NCBI GenBank assembly: GCA_050011875.1
Contig: JBEKIG010000013.1
Span: forward strand, 4,928-68,927
DNA: 64,000 bases
Origin: Nitrososphaeria archaeon
GTDB taxonomy: Archaea; Thermoproteota; Nitrososphaeria; JACIWG01
Direction: 5' to 3'
Shown here piece after piece: positions 27,939 to 37,997 of the stretch. The position numbers and the translations under genes are program-made. The stretch's first letter is position 1. Every line of letters starts with the position of its first letter. The notes under the pieces are model-generated. The model was not told the origin of the DNA, searched no databases, and worked only from the letters and a program-made list of their open reading frames with translations.

Positions 27939-29309
27939 ATGGAAGTAATTAAAATGGATAAGATCAGAATTGGTTTCGTTCCAGGAAAAAGGGATAGTAG
28001 TTGGTATAGCGATGAATGGGCTAGAGATATGAAGCAACGCACACTGGGAGCTCTCTCAAAGATAAAGGGTTTAGAGATAGTCACTCCAGATGAGAAACTG
28101 ACTCGAGCAGGAATGGTACGGAACGATGACGACGCAAGGAAAGTCATCCAGCTATTCAAAGAAAAGGAAGTATCAGGGATTCTCATAGGAGGAATGGACT
28201 TCTCAGACGAAATCTCAGCCTGCATGGTTCCCGCGGCCTTCCCAAGCGTTCCTGTTTTAGTCTTCGCCACCGAAGAGTCACCCAAAGTCCCCCTACCGAC
28301 CATGACAGTTCAGACAAGCGACTCCTTCTGCGGCACCCTTTCCATAGCCTCAGGACTATATCGAAGGAAGATTCCCTATCTCTTCTATGGTGTATGTAAT
28401 CCTGAAGACCAACCATTCGTTGAATATGTTGAGAATTTTGTCCGCGCCTGTGCTGTAGTAAAGAACTTCCGTGGGACATACATTGGTCAAATAGGTACAA
28501 GGCCGCCTGACTTTGAAACCTGCTCCATCGACGAGCTAATTCTGCTTTCAAAGTTCGGGATTAGAGTAGTACCAATTTCCCCCCAAACAATATTGTCTAC
28601 AGCGAATAGTTTAAAAGATGACGACCCCGACGTGGTTAAGGTTCTCGAGGATACCAAGAATGGGGCGGATACATCTGCTGTGCCTACAGAACAACTTAAG
28701 AAAATGGCAAAGATCGAGATTGCAATAAAACGTTGGGTTGACCATAAGAAGCTTTCAGGATCAGGCATCAGTGGGGATCTGTGGCCAACAGGATACATCG
28801 AAGGTAGACTGATAGACCAAGGTATCATGATGGGGTTCGAAACCGATGTGATGGGCTGTCTCACAATGCTAATGCAGTACTCTGCATCAATAAATACGAA
28901 GTCTGTGTTCCTGATAGACTGGACCCTCAAGCATCCGGAGAAGAAGAATGTCTTCCTCGTATGGCATGTAGGAAACGCCCCCCCTTCAATGGCGGTGGGG
29001 AAGGTCATATTAGATCAGAGTGGTATGCCCCACTTCAAGCTTAGGCCAGGAGTGGTCACCTTCAGCAGACTCGTCGAGTACGATGGGAACTTTAAAATGT
29101 TGCTCTCTAAAGGGAATCTTCTAGAGATTGGGGAGAGACATGAGGCAAGGTTCACATGGGCTTGGGCCGAGGTAGAGGATCTCGCTAGGTTGTACACGAC
29201 CATAGGTAGAGAAGGATTCATCCATCACGCGGCAATGATCTATGGCGACTACACTCAGGCCATTAAGGATGCATGTTTCTTTCTAGGTATCCAAGTAGTG
29301 GAAGCCTGA
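27939..29309 (+). CDS. L-fucose/L-arabinose isomerase family protein (divergent paralog)
   Basis: 456 aa. It is collinear with 47456-48868 (IRIGFVP..., SDSFCGTLS.AS.LYRRKIP, ...GF.HHA.MI.GDY...). The region around the expected metal/acid-base residues is shortened here. Confidence 0.7.
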   Translation: MEVIKMDKIRIGFVPGKRDSSWYSDEWARDMKQRTLGALSKIKGLEIVTPDEKLTRAGMVRNDDDARKVIQLFKEKEVSGILIGGMDFSDEISACMVPAAFPSVPVLVFATEESPKVPLPTMTVQTSDSFCGTLSIASGLYRRKIPYLFYGVCNPEDQPFVEYVENFVRACAVVKNFRGTYIGQIGTRPPDFETCSIDELILLSKFGIRVVPISPQTILSTANSLKDDDPDVVKVLEDTKNGADTSAVPTEQLKKMAKIEIAIKRWVDHKKLSGSGISGDLWPTGYIEGRLIDQGIMMGFETDVMGCLTMLMQYSASINTKSVFLIDWTLKHPEKKNVFLVWHVGNAPPSMAVGKVILDQSGMPHFKLRPGVVTFSRLVEYDGNFKMLLSKGNLLEIGERHEARFTWAWAEVEDLARLYTTIGREGFIHHAAMIYGDYTQAIKDACFFLGIQVVEA

Positions 29310-29618
29310 GTTAGAACTGGGTTAACAACATTCAACTGGACACAAACAACTTAGTAGTAAAAACCAAAAGCATCATATAACATGATACAGATTGTGACTC
29401 AACTCACAATCTGCAGAGTCATTTCTATAGATTTCTTGCTGAAGAGCTTGATTGATAAACAATGCATGCGCGTTCTTAAGTCTCTGTCTTTTAAGAAGTC
29501 TAATAGCTGAAGATTCTTCTATTAGCTTATTCTGTTTTAATATAACCCAAATTTGGTCCTAGAAGGGTATCCAAACCTTAATTTAGTAGTGGTGAACAAC
29601 TATAGAGAAGAAGGAAAT

Positions 29619-29993
29619 ATGTCAATCTTAGGATTAAGTCATTTCATGATACAAGCCAAAGACCTGAAGGCAACCTTGCATTTTTACAGTAAGGTCATGG
29701 GGTTACCAGTCCTACGCATAACAGGTACCGAGGATAATCCCCAATTCCTGATCTTCAGGGACATAGAGATCTCCCAGCGAAAGGGCATGGCAACAATCCC
29801 TGATCCGGACACAGCGTCAATTCTCCATATAGCATTCTACGTCGATAACATCGAGGAGATCGTTAAGCAGATGACAAAGAAGGGTGCTGAGTTCTTTGTC
29901 CCGATAACTCTGAACAAGGATGGAAGCAAGTGGGCTATATGTCGGGACCCCGATGGTAATAGGATAGAAGTTACTACTGCCCCTCACTTTTAG
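29619..29993 (+). CDS. VOC (glyoxalase/bleomycin-resistance/dioxygenase) family protein
   Basis: MSILGLSHFMIQAKDLKATLHFYSKVMGLPV... and ...WAICRDPDGNRIEV are typical VOC beta-alpha-beta modules. ATG at 29619 with ggaaat upstream is preferred over the TTG at 29553. Confidence 0.75.
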   Translation: MSILGLSHFMIQAKDLKATLHFYSKVMGLPVLRITGTEDNPQFLIFRDIEISQRKGMATIPDPDTASILHIAFYVDNIEEIVKQMTKKGAEFFVPITLNKDGSKWAICRDPDGNRIEVTTAPHF

Positions 29994-30216
29994 AATAAAA
30001 CTTCTTAATAATCCATCGCAACGAAGCCTTTTCTATTATGCTTTGGCATCCTCAGCCCACTCTTCTCATCCTGCTTAGTCTATTTCACCCTCTCTTATTA
30101 TTTCATTTTCTTCCAATTCTCTTAAACTCTGTACACCATATTTAAGCCTGTAATTAGTGCACTTATCCCCGCGCTGGGCCCACTTACTATTATAGTAATT
30201 GTGAAATTTATTAGCT

Positions 30217-30729
30217 TTAAGATATTTCCTTGATTACCGCTGTGTCTTCATCATTAGATTTATGGATGATCTCTACACGATACCTATCCTTGGGTATCTC
30301 ATCAACCATTTTTCGTACTCCTGAGAAATCGTAGTTGTGGACAAAGACCGCCGTTTTACCTTGCATGAGAAGCCTTGAGCACATCCAATCGTTGTAGGCT
30401 TCACTGTAGGATTTGCCTGCGTCGATGAATATCAGGTCCATTTTAGGTAAAGCTTTGACGGACCTGGGAAGAGTATCCGCGGTATCACCCTTGAAAAGCC
30501 TAAACTTACACCCTGTCCCCTCAAGCTTTTCCTCTATCTGTTCTAAACTGTAGTTACTGAAAAAGTCGAACCCGTAATACTCCACCTCTTCGGGCGGAAG
30601 ATTTTCTATGGCAGCTTCAACCATGGCTTTTGCGTTTTCACCGTTTAAGACACCGATCTCCATGATCCTCCTACAGCAGTTCCTGCGGATATACTCGTTA
30701 AGGAATGAATGTGATCCATACCAAGGCAA
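30217..30729 (-). CDS. class I SAM-dependent methyltransferase
   Basis: Motif I-like IMEIGVLNGENA and DLIFIDAGKSY (O-methyltransferase family 3 / Methyltransf_24-like). 170 aa. Confidence 0.7.
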   Translation of the reverse strand: MPWYGSHSFLNEYIRRNCCRRIMEIGVLNGENAKAMVEAAIENLPPEEVEYYGFDFFSNYSLEQIEEKLEGTGCKFRLFKGDTADTLPRSVKALPKMDLIFIDAGKSYSEAYNDWMCSRLLMQGKTAVFVHNYDFSGVRKMVDEIPKDRYRVEIIHKSNDEDTAVIKEIS

Positions 30730-30927
30730 AGTTGACTTCGTCCTTCCTAGTAAATACTAAAAATCTGTATCCTTTAAGTCTTATCTGAGATAGGCAGCTC
30801 AGATTAGAAGTGGGAAATTTATTAGCTTTAAAATCGATTATTTAAATCATGAATTAGCACTTTTTGATGTTATTATTAGCCTATGATCAAGACATTTTGG
30901 TAACAACCTAGCGAAGAATGGGTTAGT

Positions 30928-31970
30928 TTACTTTTGAAGTCTCTTATGAATAGCAGTCAACAGCTCCATTTCCGTCATTGGTTGGAAGTCGGCGCCAAAG
31001 CGCTCTTTGGCTATTTCGTAGACCGTTTGATTAATAGGCATTATAAGCCCAGCTTTTTGAGCGAGGGTCAGCATGTATACCCGTTGAGGGATTCAAGTTC
31101 GGTGTTGGTTTTGCCCGCTAAGAGGTCCTGCGCGGTGCTATTCAGGCCCAGTTCTTCACGCACTGCCAACCTGTAGAAGACGCTGGTAACGGATCTTGGG
31201 AGCATGGCGCTCATTCTGATGACACTCCAAGATGGGATATTGCCGAGCTCGTGTTCCTTAAACCCGGCTGCCTTAATAACTTGGATTCCTTCCCAGATGA
31301 GCCTTACGGACATATGTGTAAGGGCGTCGAAGGACCTAAGAGGCCACTCTTGGAATCCTATTAGAGCAGCCAAAGCGTTTGTTAGGTTGATCGCTAATTT
31401 ACAATGGACTGCGTCTTCCAAGCGGTTCGTAATATTGCAATCCAATCCCAATCGCAGGATGGCTGCGACCTGCTGCTGTTCGGTCTGAAGGTCGTTCCTT
31501 AGAGTGCCGAGGGTGATGTATCCCCGTTTTTGGTGTCCTACTCTCCCGGGTCCATCTCGCCACGCGTTGAAACATACCACGCCGTAAATGACCTTTGTAA
31601 AAAATCTGGGAAGAATCCGCTGATTTTCTACACCGTTCTGTAAAGCAACAACAATCGGTTGATGGGACCCAAGTTGTTCCCGAAGTCCCGCAGCTGTCGC
31701 TTCAAGGTCGTAGTTTTTAACGGTGATTACAATTATGTCTGGAGGCGAAATCTCGTCTAACGATTCAACGATTTTGACAGAGATTGGAGCAGCATTGGCT
31801 TGTTCGCCTTTGAGGTAGAACTTTAATCCTTCATTCCTGATAACCTCGGCGCTCTCTCCCCGTGCGAGCAAGAATAACCTATCATACTTCGGCGAAATCC
31901 ATCCGGTCACGCTCGAACCGATGGCGCCCGCTCCCACAACCACAAAACTGAGTTTTTCATCCAACGACAT
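30928..31970 (-). pseudogene. 2-dehydropantoate 2-reductase (ApbA/PanE) family oxidoreductase, frameshifted near the 3' end
   Basis: Rossmann motif FVVVGAGAIGS at the N-terminus. The ORF stops at ...ELESLNGYTC(stop, 31068). The expected continuation YMLTLAQKAGLIMPINQTVYEIAKERF...KRLQK(stop, 30928) is intact in another frame. The junction is gggtatacatgctg (plus-strand 31071-31080). Confidence 0.7.
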
Positions 31971-32222
31971 CGACGTTTAATGTATCTTCGGAAATAACGT
32001 TAATAAACTTGGGGACATTGCAGGTGAACAGATGCGTTTTGATTTTTGCTCACTGAACTTTGGGTTCTCCTATAATGCGATAACTTGCATCTTTTTTAGG
32101 TTTGCAGATCAAGGTTAAAGTAGGTATTACATTTGTATATATATTACATACTTACCTTTACACAATCTTACAATATATTTGATACTATTATTGTAATTGC
32201 GAAATTTCTTGGCTTAAATCGG

Positions 32223-33038
32223 TTACTTACTGATACCTGAAAGGGCCTGTCTGACTATAGGCATTTTTTCTTTTATCCATCCATATAGAATTTGAAGATC
32301 AGTACCATTGCAGAAGTCCATAACCCCTAGGTCGGTATACTTCTGAACTTCTTCTTTAGTGAACTTAGTGCCCAACTCAACTCTTGGTCTAATTCCCATT
32401 TTGATAGCTGTCTTGATGGTTTTAAGTTCAGCCTCCTTTACCTTTGGATGGTTGAATTCACCTGCGATGCCTAAACTTATCGAATAATCGCACGGGCCGA
32501 ATTGGACCATGTCTATTCCCTTAAGTGATAGTATTTCTTCCAAATTGTCAACTGCAGATTTTTTTTCAATCATAAATGCAATTACTGTTTCATTCATAGC
32601 TTTAACAAATTCTTTAGAGCCGCCTTCAAGCCCGTAGTTCGCGCTTCTTCTTGAATTGCAACCGTGAACTCCTTTGTCTTCTGGAGTCTCCATTTTAACA
32701 GCCTTAATACATTCTTCACCCTCTGCGACATTTCTGACATCAGCAAATAGTAGATTTTGTATGCCTGAGCCCAATGCTCTCGTTGCTAAGAATGTTTTTG
32801 GCTGTTGGTCAATTTTCATCATAGACGACATTCCCATCAAATCACAGGCTCTTGCGATATTTTCTAGACTGAACAGATCAAACGGCGCGTATTCTCCGAC
32901 AAATTCTATGTAGTCGATTTCTTTTGCAGCCCCAATTATTTCTACTACACCTGGCCAAGTGTTAAGTATATGTGTTCCTAATGTTGGCTTGCCTTGTTTT
33001 ATTAATTCCCTAAGCTTATTGTTCTTCAAATTAAACAC
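32223..33038 (-). CDS. HpcH/HpaI family 2-keto-3-deoxy-acid aldolase
   Basis: 271 aa. The N-terminus NKLRELIKQGKPTLGTHILNTWPGVVEIIG... and ...DMVQFGPCDYSISLG... fit class II pyruvate aldolases of the HpcH/HpaI/YfaU type. Confidence 0.85.
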   Translation of the reverse strand: MFNLKNNKLRELIKQGKPTLGTHILNTWPGVVEIIGAAKEIDYIEFVGEYAPFDLFSLENIARACDLMGMSSMMKIDQQPKTFLATRALGSGIQNLLFADVRNVAEGEECIKAVKMETPEDKGVHGCNSRRSANYGLEGGSKEFVKAMNETVIAFMIEKKSAVDNLEEILSLKGIDMVQFGPCDYSISLGIAGEFNHPKVKEAELKTIKTAIKMGIRPRVELGTKFTKEEVQKYTDLGVMDFCNGTDLQILYGWIKEKMPIVRQALSGISK

Positions 33039-33310
33039 CGATTAAAGATTGGATGTAGCTTATATAAATATATATAAGTAAACGTCCAAAAGAAATAAAA
33101 GTCTCAAGGCAATAATCATTAGAATATTGAGACACATGACATCGTTGAACATCCTATAAAAGACAAATTGAGTGAAGGAGATTACAACTATCTGCATCAG
33201 ATAGAGAACCTAGCTGATTAATAAAAAAGTAGGAGGTCAGATGAAAGAACAGCACTTGAAGGAAATCTCAGGATTAGAAGCATTCTTGCAATCTTGAGCG
33301 AAATGCATGT

Positions 33311-34363
33311 TTATTTATTATCTCGATATTTTTCCAGTGCTCTATTGTTCAGTACCATGCCAAGCCCTGGTCTGTTTGATACTTTTACGTAGCCTTTTTC
33401 TGCTCTGATCTGCATATCTACAAGCTCATTTCTTAATGGCGTTTCATACACAGGGAATTCTATGAATGGGCTGTTCGATAGCGAACATATGACATGGAGA
33501 TTTGCGGCAAGTCCGAAAGCTGGTACTGACGAACAAGAAATGTGGGGTATACATTTTATTCCCCAAACGCTAGCCATCGTACCCACCTTCTTACATTCAA
33601 GGATTCCTCCTACCGAAGTGGCGTCTGGTTGAACAACGTCAACGGCCTGTTTGGAGAGCAATTCACCGTATTCATATCTGGTAAAAAAGCATTCCACTCC
33701 TGAAAGTGGGATATCTATCTTATTTTTCAGATTCAGCATTTCTCTGACATATTCCTCAACGCTATGCGCTTTGACAGGCTCTTCGAACATGCTTACTTCA
33801 TATCTCGAATACTTTTTGGCCATTTCAACAGCTTGATTATGGTCGTAGGCCATATTACCGTCAACAAAAAGCTCAACTCCATTGTCAACCTCCTCTCTAA
33901 CGCCCTTAACGATCTCTATATCTTTGTTTAGACCTAGTCCTGTTCTTAGTTTTATTGCGGTATAGCCTTGTTCGACAAACTCTTTACATTCCTTCCTGAT
34001 TATTTTAGGTTCCTTTAGACTTGGTGCAGCATATGCTCTTACGGAATTTTTATATCCACCAAGTATTTTGTATACAGGTTTCCAACAAGCCTTTCCGATG
34101 ATATCCCATAATGCATTCTCTATTCCACTAATAGCGTATGTTTCAAAACCTCTCCTACCCCACATATGGGTAACATCATACATCTCCTGCCAGATAGATT
34201 CGACGTCAAAAGGATCTCGCAATAGAACTACCGATTTCAACTTTTCAACTTGGGGCTTGATGAAGGGTTCATAGGTTGAGCTAAACCCTGCTTCACCAAC
34301 GCCCTCAATATTATCGTCAGTTTCTACTCGCACAAGAGTACTCCCAAGAACTGGCACCTTCAT
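33311..34363 (-). CDS. enolase-superfamily (mandelate racemase/muconate lactonizing) sugar-acid dehydratase
   Basis: ...LVRVETDDNIEGVGEAG..., AIKLRTG, ...LFVDGNMAYD..., ...FEEPV... and ...VQPD... place the metal-ligand and capping motifs as expected. aaggtgg lies 5 nt upstream of the ATG. Confidence 0.85.
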   Translation of the reverse strand: MKVPVLGSTLVRVETDDNIEGVGEAGFSSTYEPFIKPQVEKLKSVVLLRDPFDVESIWQEMYDVTHMWGRRGFETYAISGIENALWDIIGKACWKPVYKILGGYKNSVRAYAAPSLKEPKIIRKECKEFVEQGYTAIKLRTGLGLNKDIEIVKGVREEVDNGVELFVDGNMAYDHNQAVEMAKKYSRYEVSMFEEPVKAHSVEEYVREMLNLKNKIDIPLSGVECFFTRYEYGELLSKQAVDVVQPDATSVGGILECKKVGTMASVWGIKCIPHISCSSVPAFGLAANLHVICSLSNSPFIEFPVYETPLRNELVDMQIRAEKGYVKVSNRPGLGMVLNNRALEKYRDNK

Positions 34364-34572
34364 TGCACCCCACCTTAATGGCGAACCTAATTTCTATGAG
34401 ACAGATATTATCTCAATATTCGAAATTTTCAAACACAATACCTATTGTAACCTAGTTTTAATCACATATTTACGATTTTACAAATTTATCACCGCTTCTT
34501 ATAGCTTAGTTTATACCCCACCGGTTGCAGTAAAATTCAAATAGATGAATTAAACAGAAAAATAGAGTTCAA

Positions 34573-36556
34573 ATGACAGGTTGGATTCGTGAAGAGGAAA
34601 AAACTCTTATGTGGAAAATGAATCATGAAACGGTGCGCATACAGGCTTGGGGAGAAGACGGAATCAGAGTACGTGCAACTAAAACGCCTCAGATAAACGA
34701 CTTGAATTATGCTCTCCTAGATATGCCAGCCTCTAAATCTCATATTGAAGTTGCTGATGATGTAGCAACTCTCGATAATGGTAAAATAAGGGCAGAAATT
34801 TCCATGAACGGCCTTATTCGTTTCTTTAAAGAAACCAATAAAGTTTTGTTAGAAGAGTATGCCTTTGGCCCTTATTTATATCCTGCCAGACGTTACAAGG
34901 CTAGAAGTAGTGATCTATTTGAATTGCAAGTGGCGTTTAAAGCCTACGATGATGAACGGTTTTATGGCTTAGGTCAGCACCAACATGGTTTTCTCAATCA
35001 AAAGGGTTGTGTAATCGAACTCTCCCAACGTAATAGCGAGGTATCTATCCCATTCTTGCTTTCAAGCCGTGGTTACGGCTTTCTATGGAACAATCCAGCT
35101 ATAGGGCGGGTTGAACTTGGAATGAGTAACACTAAATGGATTGCTGATGCCGCAAGGCAAATTGATTATTTCATTACAACCGGTAATTCATTTGCGGAAA
35201 TAATGAAAAAATATGGTGGATGCCACAGGCCATTCTCCAATGATTCCTGAATGGGCGGCTGGTTTCTGGCAGAGCAAGCTGCGTTATAAGACGCAAGATG
35301 AATTATTATCAGTAGCTCTCGAATATAAGCGTCGCGGTTTACCGCTATCCGTCATTGTCACAGATTTCTTTCACTGGACTGTCCAAGGGGACTGGAAGTT
35401 TGACCCCGTCTCTTGGCCTGACCCCGCTAAAATGGTGCAAGAGCTGGAGGGGATGGGGGTTAAGCTCATGGTATCAATTTGGCCTACTGTAAATGAAAAT
35501 AGTGTCAACTATAAAGAGATGAATGAACGGGGACTGTTAGTTAGTACTGAACGAGGTGTTCGTGCCCTCCGTTCTTTCTTTGATAATAGACCGGAAGGAC
35601 CAATTTACGTATACCTTTATGATCCAACCAATCCAAATGCTAGGAAATTCATATGGGAACAAGTCAAGCAAAACTACTACCTGAATGGTGTTAGGGTCTG
35701 GTGGTTGGACTTATGCGAGCCTGAACTTGAAGATGCGCATGATTACGACAATTTGCGATACTTTCTTGGCAACGGTCTAGAGGTTGGCTGCATTTATCCA
35801 TTAATGCACGAGCAAGCGTTTTACGAGGGCATGAAGTCGGAGGGAGAAAATGAAATCATACTCCTATGCAGATCAGCTTGGGCTGGAAGCCAACGTTATG
35901 CGGCTGCTGTCTGGTCAGGTGACATACAGTCTACTTTTGAAGCCTTGAGGACTCAGGTCAAGGTTGGAATGAATATCGGCTTAAGTGGAATTGCATGGTG
36001 GACCACCGATATTGGAGGATTCTCTAATGGGGACATAAGAACTCCGTATTTCCGCGAGCTTATCGTACGTTGGTTCCAATTTGGTGTTTTCTGCCCAATA
36101 TTCCGGTTGCATGGCTTTCGGGAACCAAAGACTTCGGAGCCGCTCAACCGAGTAACCGGCGCGCCAAACGAGGTTTGGTCTTTCGGTGAGGAAGCATACA
36201 AGATTATCAAGGAAATGCTCTTTCTTAGGGAGAGATTGCGACCATATATAATTGAACAGATGCGTCGTGCACACTTAAATGGTACTCCAGTTATGCGACC
36301 TCTTTTCTTCGATTTCGCTGAGGATGAGTATTGTTGGTCTATAGAGGACGAGTTTCTGTTTGGCTCTGACCTCCTTGTAGCGCCAATATTAGAATATGGG
36401 GCAAGATGCCGTGACGTGTATTTGCCAGCTGGGACGACTTGGACTGATGCATGGACGGATGAGAAGATTGATGGCGGTAGACATATAAAAAGGGAAGTTC
36501 CGCTTGAAATAATTCCTCTTTATTTGAGAGGAAGCGCATCCTTGCCCATTAGGTAA
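34573..36556 (+). pseudogene. glycoside hydrolase family 31 (alpha-xylosidase/alpha-glucosidase-like), split by a +1/-1 frameshift
   Basis: ORF 34573-35250 is the N-terminal beta-sandwich. ORF 35213-36556 starts at ...DATGHSPMIPEWAAGFWQSK and carries WWLDLCEPE (nucleophile region) and WWTTDIGGF (acid/base region). The frames overlap at 35213-35250, right after an A6 run (35206-35211). Confidence 0.8.
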
Positions 36557-37004
36557 ATCACCCACCCTAAATGAAAATTTCGTACTTTTGCGCTTTAGCG
36601 CATAGATGCTTTAGCATAATGGCTCGTTCATATCTTCTTAGCGGATTCCCTTCTAACAGTTTTAATAATGATTTTTTGATTTATTAGATAAGATACATTT
36701 TTGGTAATCTGCCAAACCTAGAAGGACAAGATACGCTGTTTTATTAGGAGTAAGGAAACTGCGAAGGGAATCGTTAGAAAGAAGAAATCACACAATCCAT
36801 AACCATTATAAAACTTTAATAATTACAAGAATAGTTTTACAAAGTTGACACAGGTATAAGATTAACTAGATCCAAAGTTCTATTAAATGCATCATTGCTC
36901 AAAATCTAAAAATATTTTAAAATAATGGGATTTAAAATCTAAAATTATGTATTTGTGCACATGTTTTTAGCTTTCAAGTGCGAAGGAAAAACTCTAGCTA
37001 AAAA

Positions 37005-37016
37005 CTTATATAAAAG
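37005..37016 (+). promoter_or_regulatory. TATA box (cttatataaaag) of the ABC permease operon
   Basis: It is centred about 28 nt upstream of the ATG at 37038 and preceded by an A-rich BRE-like stretch. This implies a leaderless or very short-leader mRNA. Confidence 0.45.
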
Positions 37017-37037
37017 AGATAGACATACTGACGACAT

Positions 37038-37997
37038 ATGAAACTGGCAGACCTGTCTACCGAGTTTACAATAATCATAATGATCGTCGGGTGCGTTGCC
37101 GTTGTTACTTATATTGAACCTTCATTTTTTAGCTATGCCACATTTGTTGTTGTCGCATTTACATCTGCAGAGCTAGGTTTTATTGCGTTAGGCATATCAC
37201 CCCTAATAGCAACAGGGGAAATAGACCTCTCTGCAGCAGCGGTTCTCACGCTTACTCTGTGGGTGTACGACGGTTTTGCCACGGGTTTAAGCTTTTCACT
37301 ACCCTATGGCCTGATAGTACCTCTATTAGTCGCAATATCCATTGGCTTTATTCAAGGATACATTTGCTTAAAGATGCGTATACCAGCCTTTATTGTAACC
37401 TTTGTGGGAATGATAGTATGGGAAGGGATAGAGGTAGCTATCACGGGTGGATACAATTCAGGTTATACGGGTATTACCACTGGCTTGTTTTCAAAAGTCC
37501 TCAGTGGTTATATAGGAAAGGTTCCTCTTGAATTCGTATGGTTCGTCGTCTTGACGGCTATCTTTGCGGTCATAATTACCAGGACCCCATTCGGTAGTCA
37601 TGTGCTTGCTGTCGGAGGCAATGAGACAGTTGCCAGAAACCTAGGAGTTCGAGTCGATAGAACCAAGGTACTCTGCTTCATGATCTCTGCGTTGATGGCA
37701 GGTGTGACAGCTATCTTTTTCTTTAACCGCCAATTTTATGTATCGTCAACTGTGTATACCCAGGCTCCATTGTTCGCGATATGTGCTAGCGTAGTGGGTG
37801 GAAATAGGGCAGGGCATGCCAATATGGTAGGAGCAGCTTTAGCCTCGATACTCGTTATAATTATTCAAGAAGGAATGGTTATGGCTGGTGTACCTTCAAC
37901 TTTGTACATGGCTGCGGTCGGTATAGTCCTTGTTATATTCGCGACCATTCACGTCAAGGCGCGAAAGTTCTCTTGGGCGATGGTGAGGAGAAAATGA
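37038..37997 (+). CDS. sugar ABC transporter permease (CUT2/RbsC-AraH type), subunit 1
   Basis: 319 aa with about 9-10 TM helices. It carries the family motif ...FGSHVLAVGGNETVARNLGVRVDRTKVLCF... Confidence 0.85.
   Translation: MKLADLSTEFTIIIMIVGCVAVVTYIEPSFFSYATFVVVAFTSAELGFIALGISPLIATGEIDLSAAAVLTLTLWVYDGFATGLSFSLPYGLIVPLLVAISIGFIQGYICLKMRIPAFIVTFVGMIVWEGIEVAITGGYNSGYTGITTGLFSKVLSGYIGKVPLEFVWFVVLTAIFAVIITRTPFGSHVLAVGGNETVARNLGVRVDRTKVLCFMISALMAGVTAIFFFNRQFYVSSTVYTQAPLFAICASVVGGNRAGHANMVGAALASILVIIIQEGMVMAGVPSTLYMAAVGIVLVIFATIHVKARKFSWAMVRRK
37599..37690. repeat. ~90-nt tract nearly identical to 38573-38664 inside the tandem paralogous permease gene
   Basis: gtgcttgctgtcggaggcaat..gacagttgccagaaacctaggagttcgagtcgatagaaccaag.tactctgcttcat.atct. 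There are about 5 mismatches, including a 43-nt perfect run, while the rest of the two genes is far more diverged. Confidence 0.75.

Noticed and set aside
30934-31176. 80-aa plus-strand ORF
   Set aside because: It is antisense to the frameshifted C-terminal extension of the PanE-family gene, and that extension has clear family similarity.
36925-36950. Partial operator-like sequence aatctaaaattatg upstream of the ABC permease operon
   Set aside because: Only the left half-site and the spacer match. The right half (TTAT) breaks the palindrome, and the sequence lies in very AT-rich DNA.
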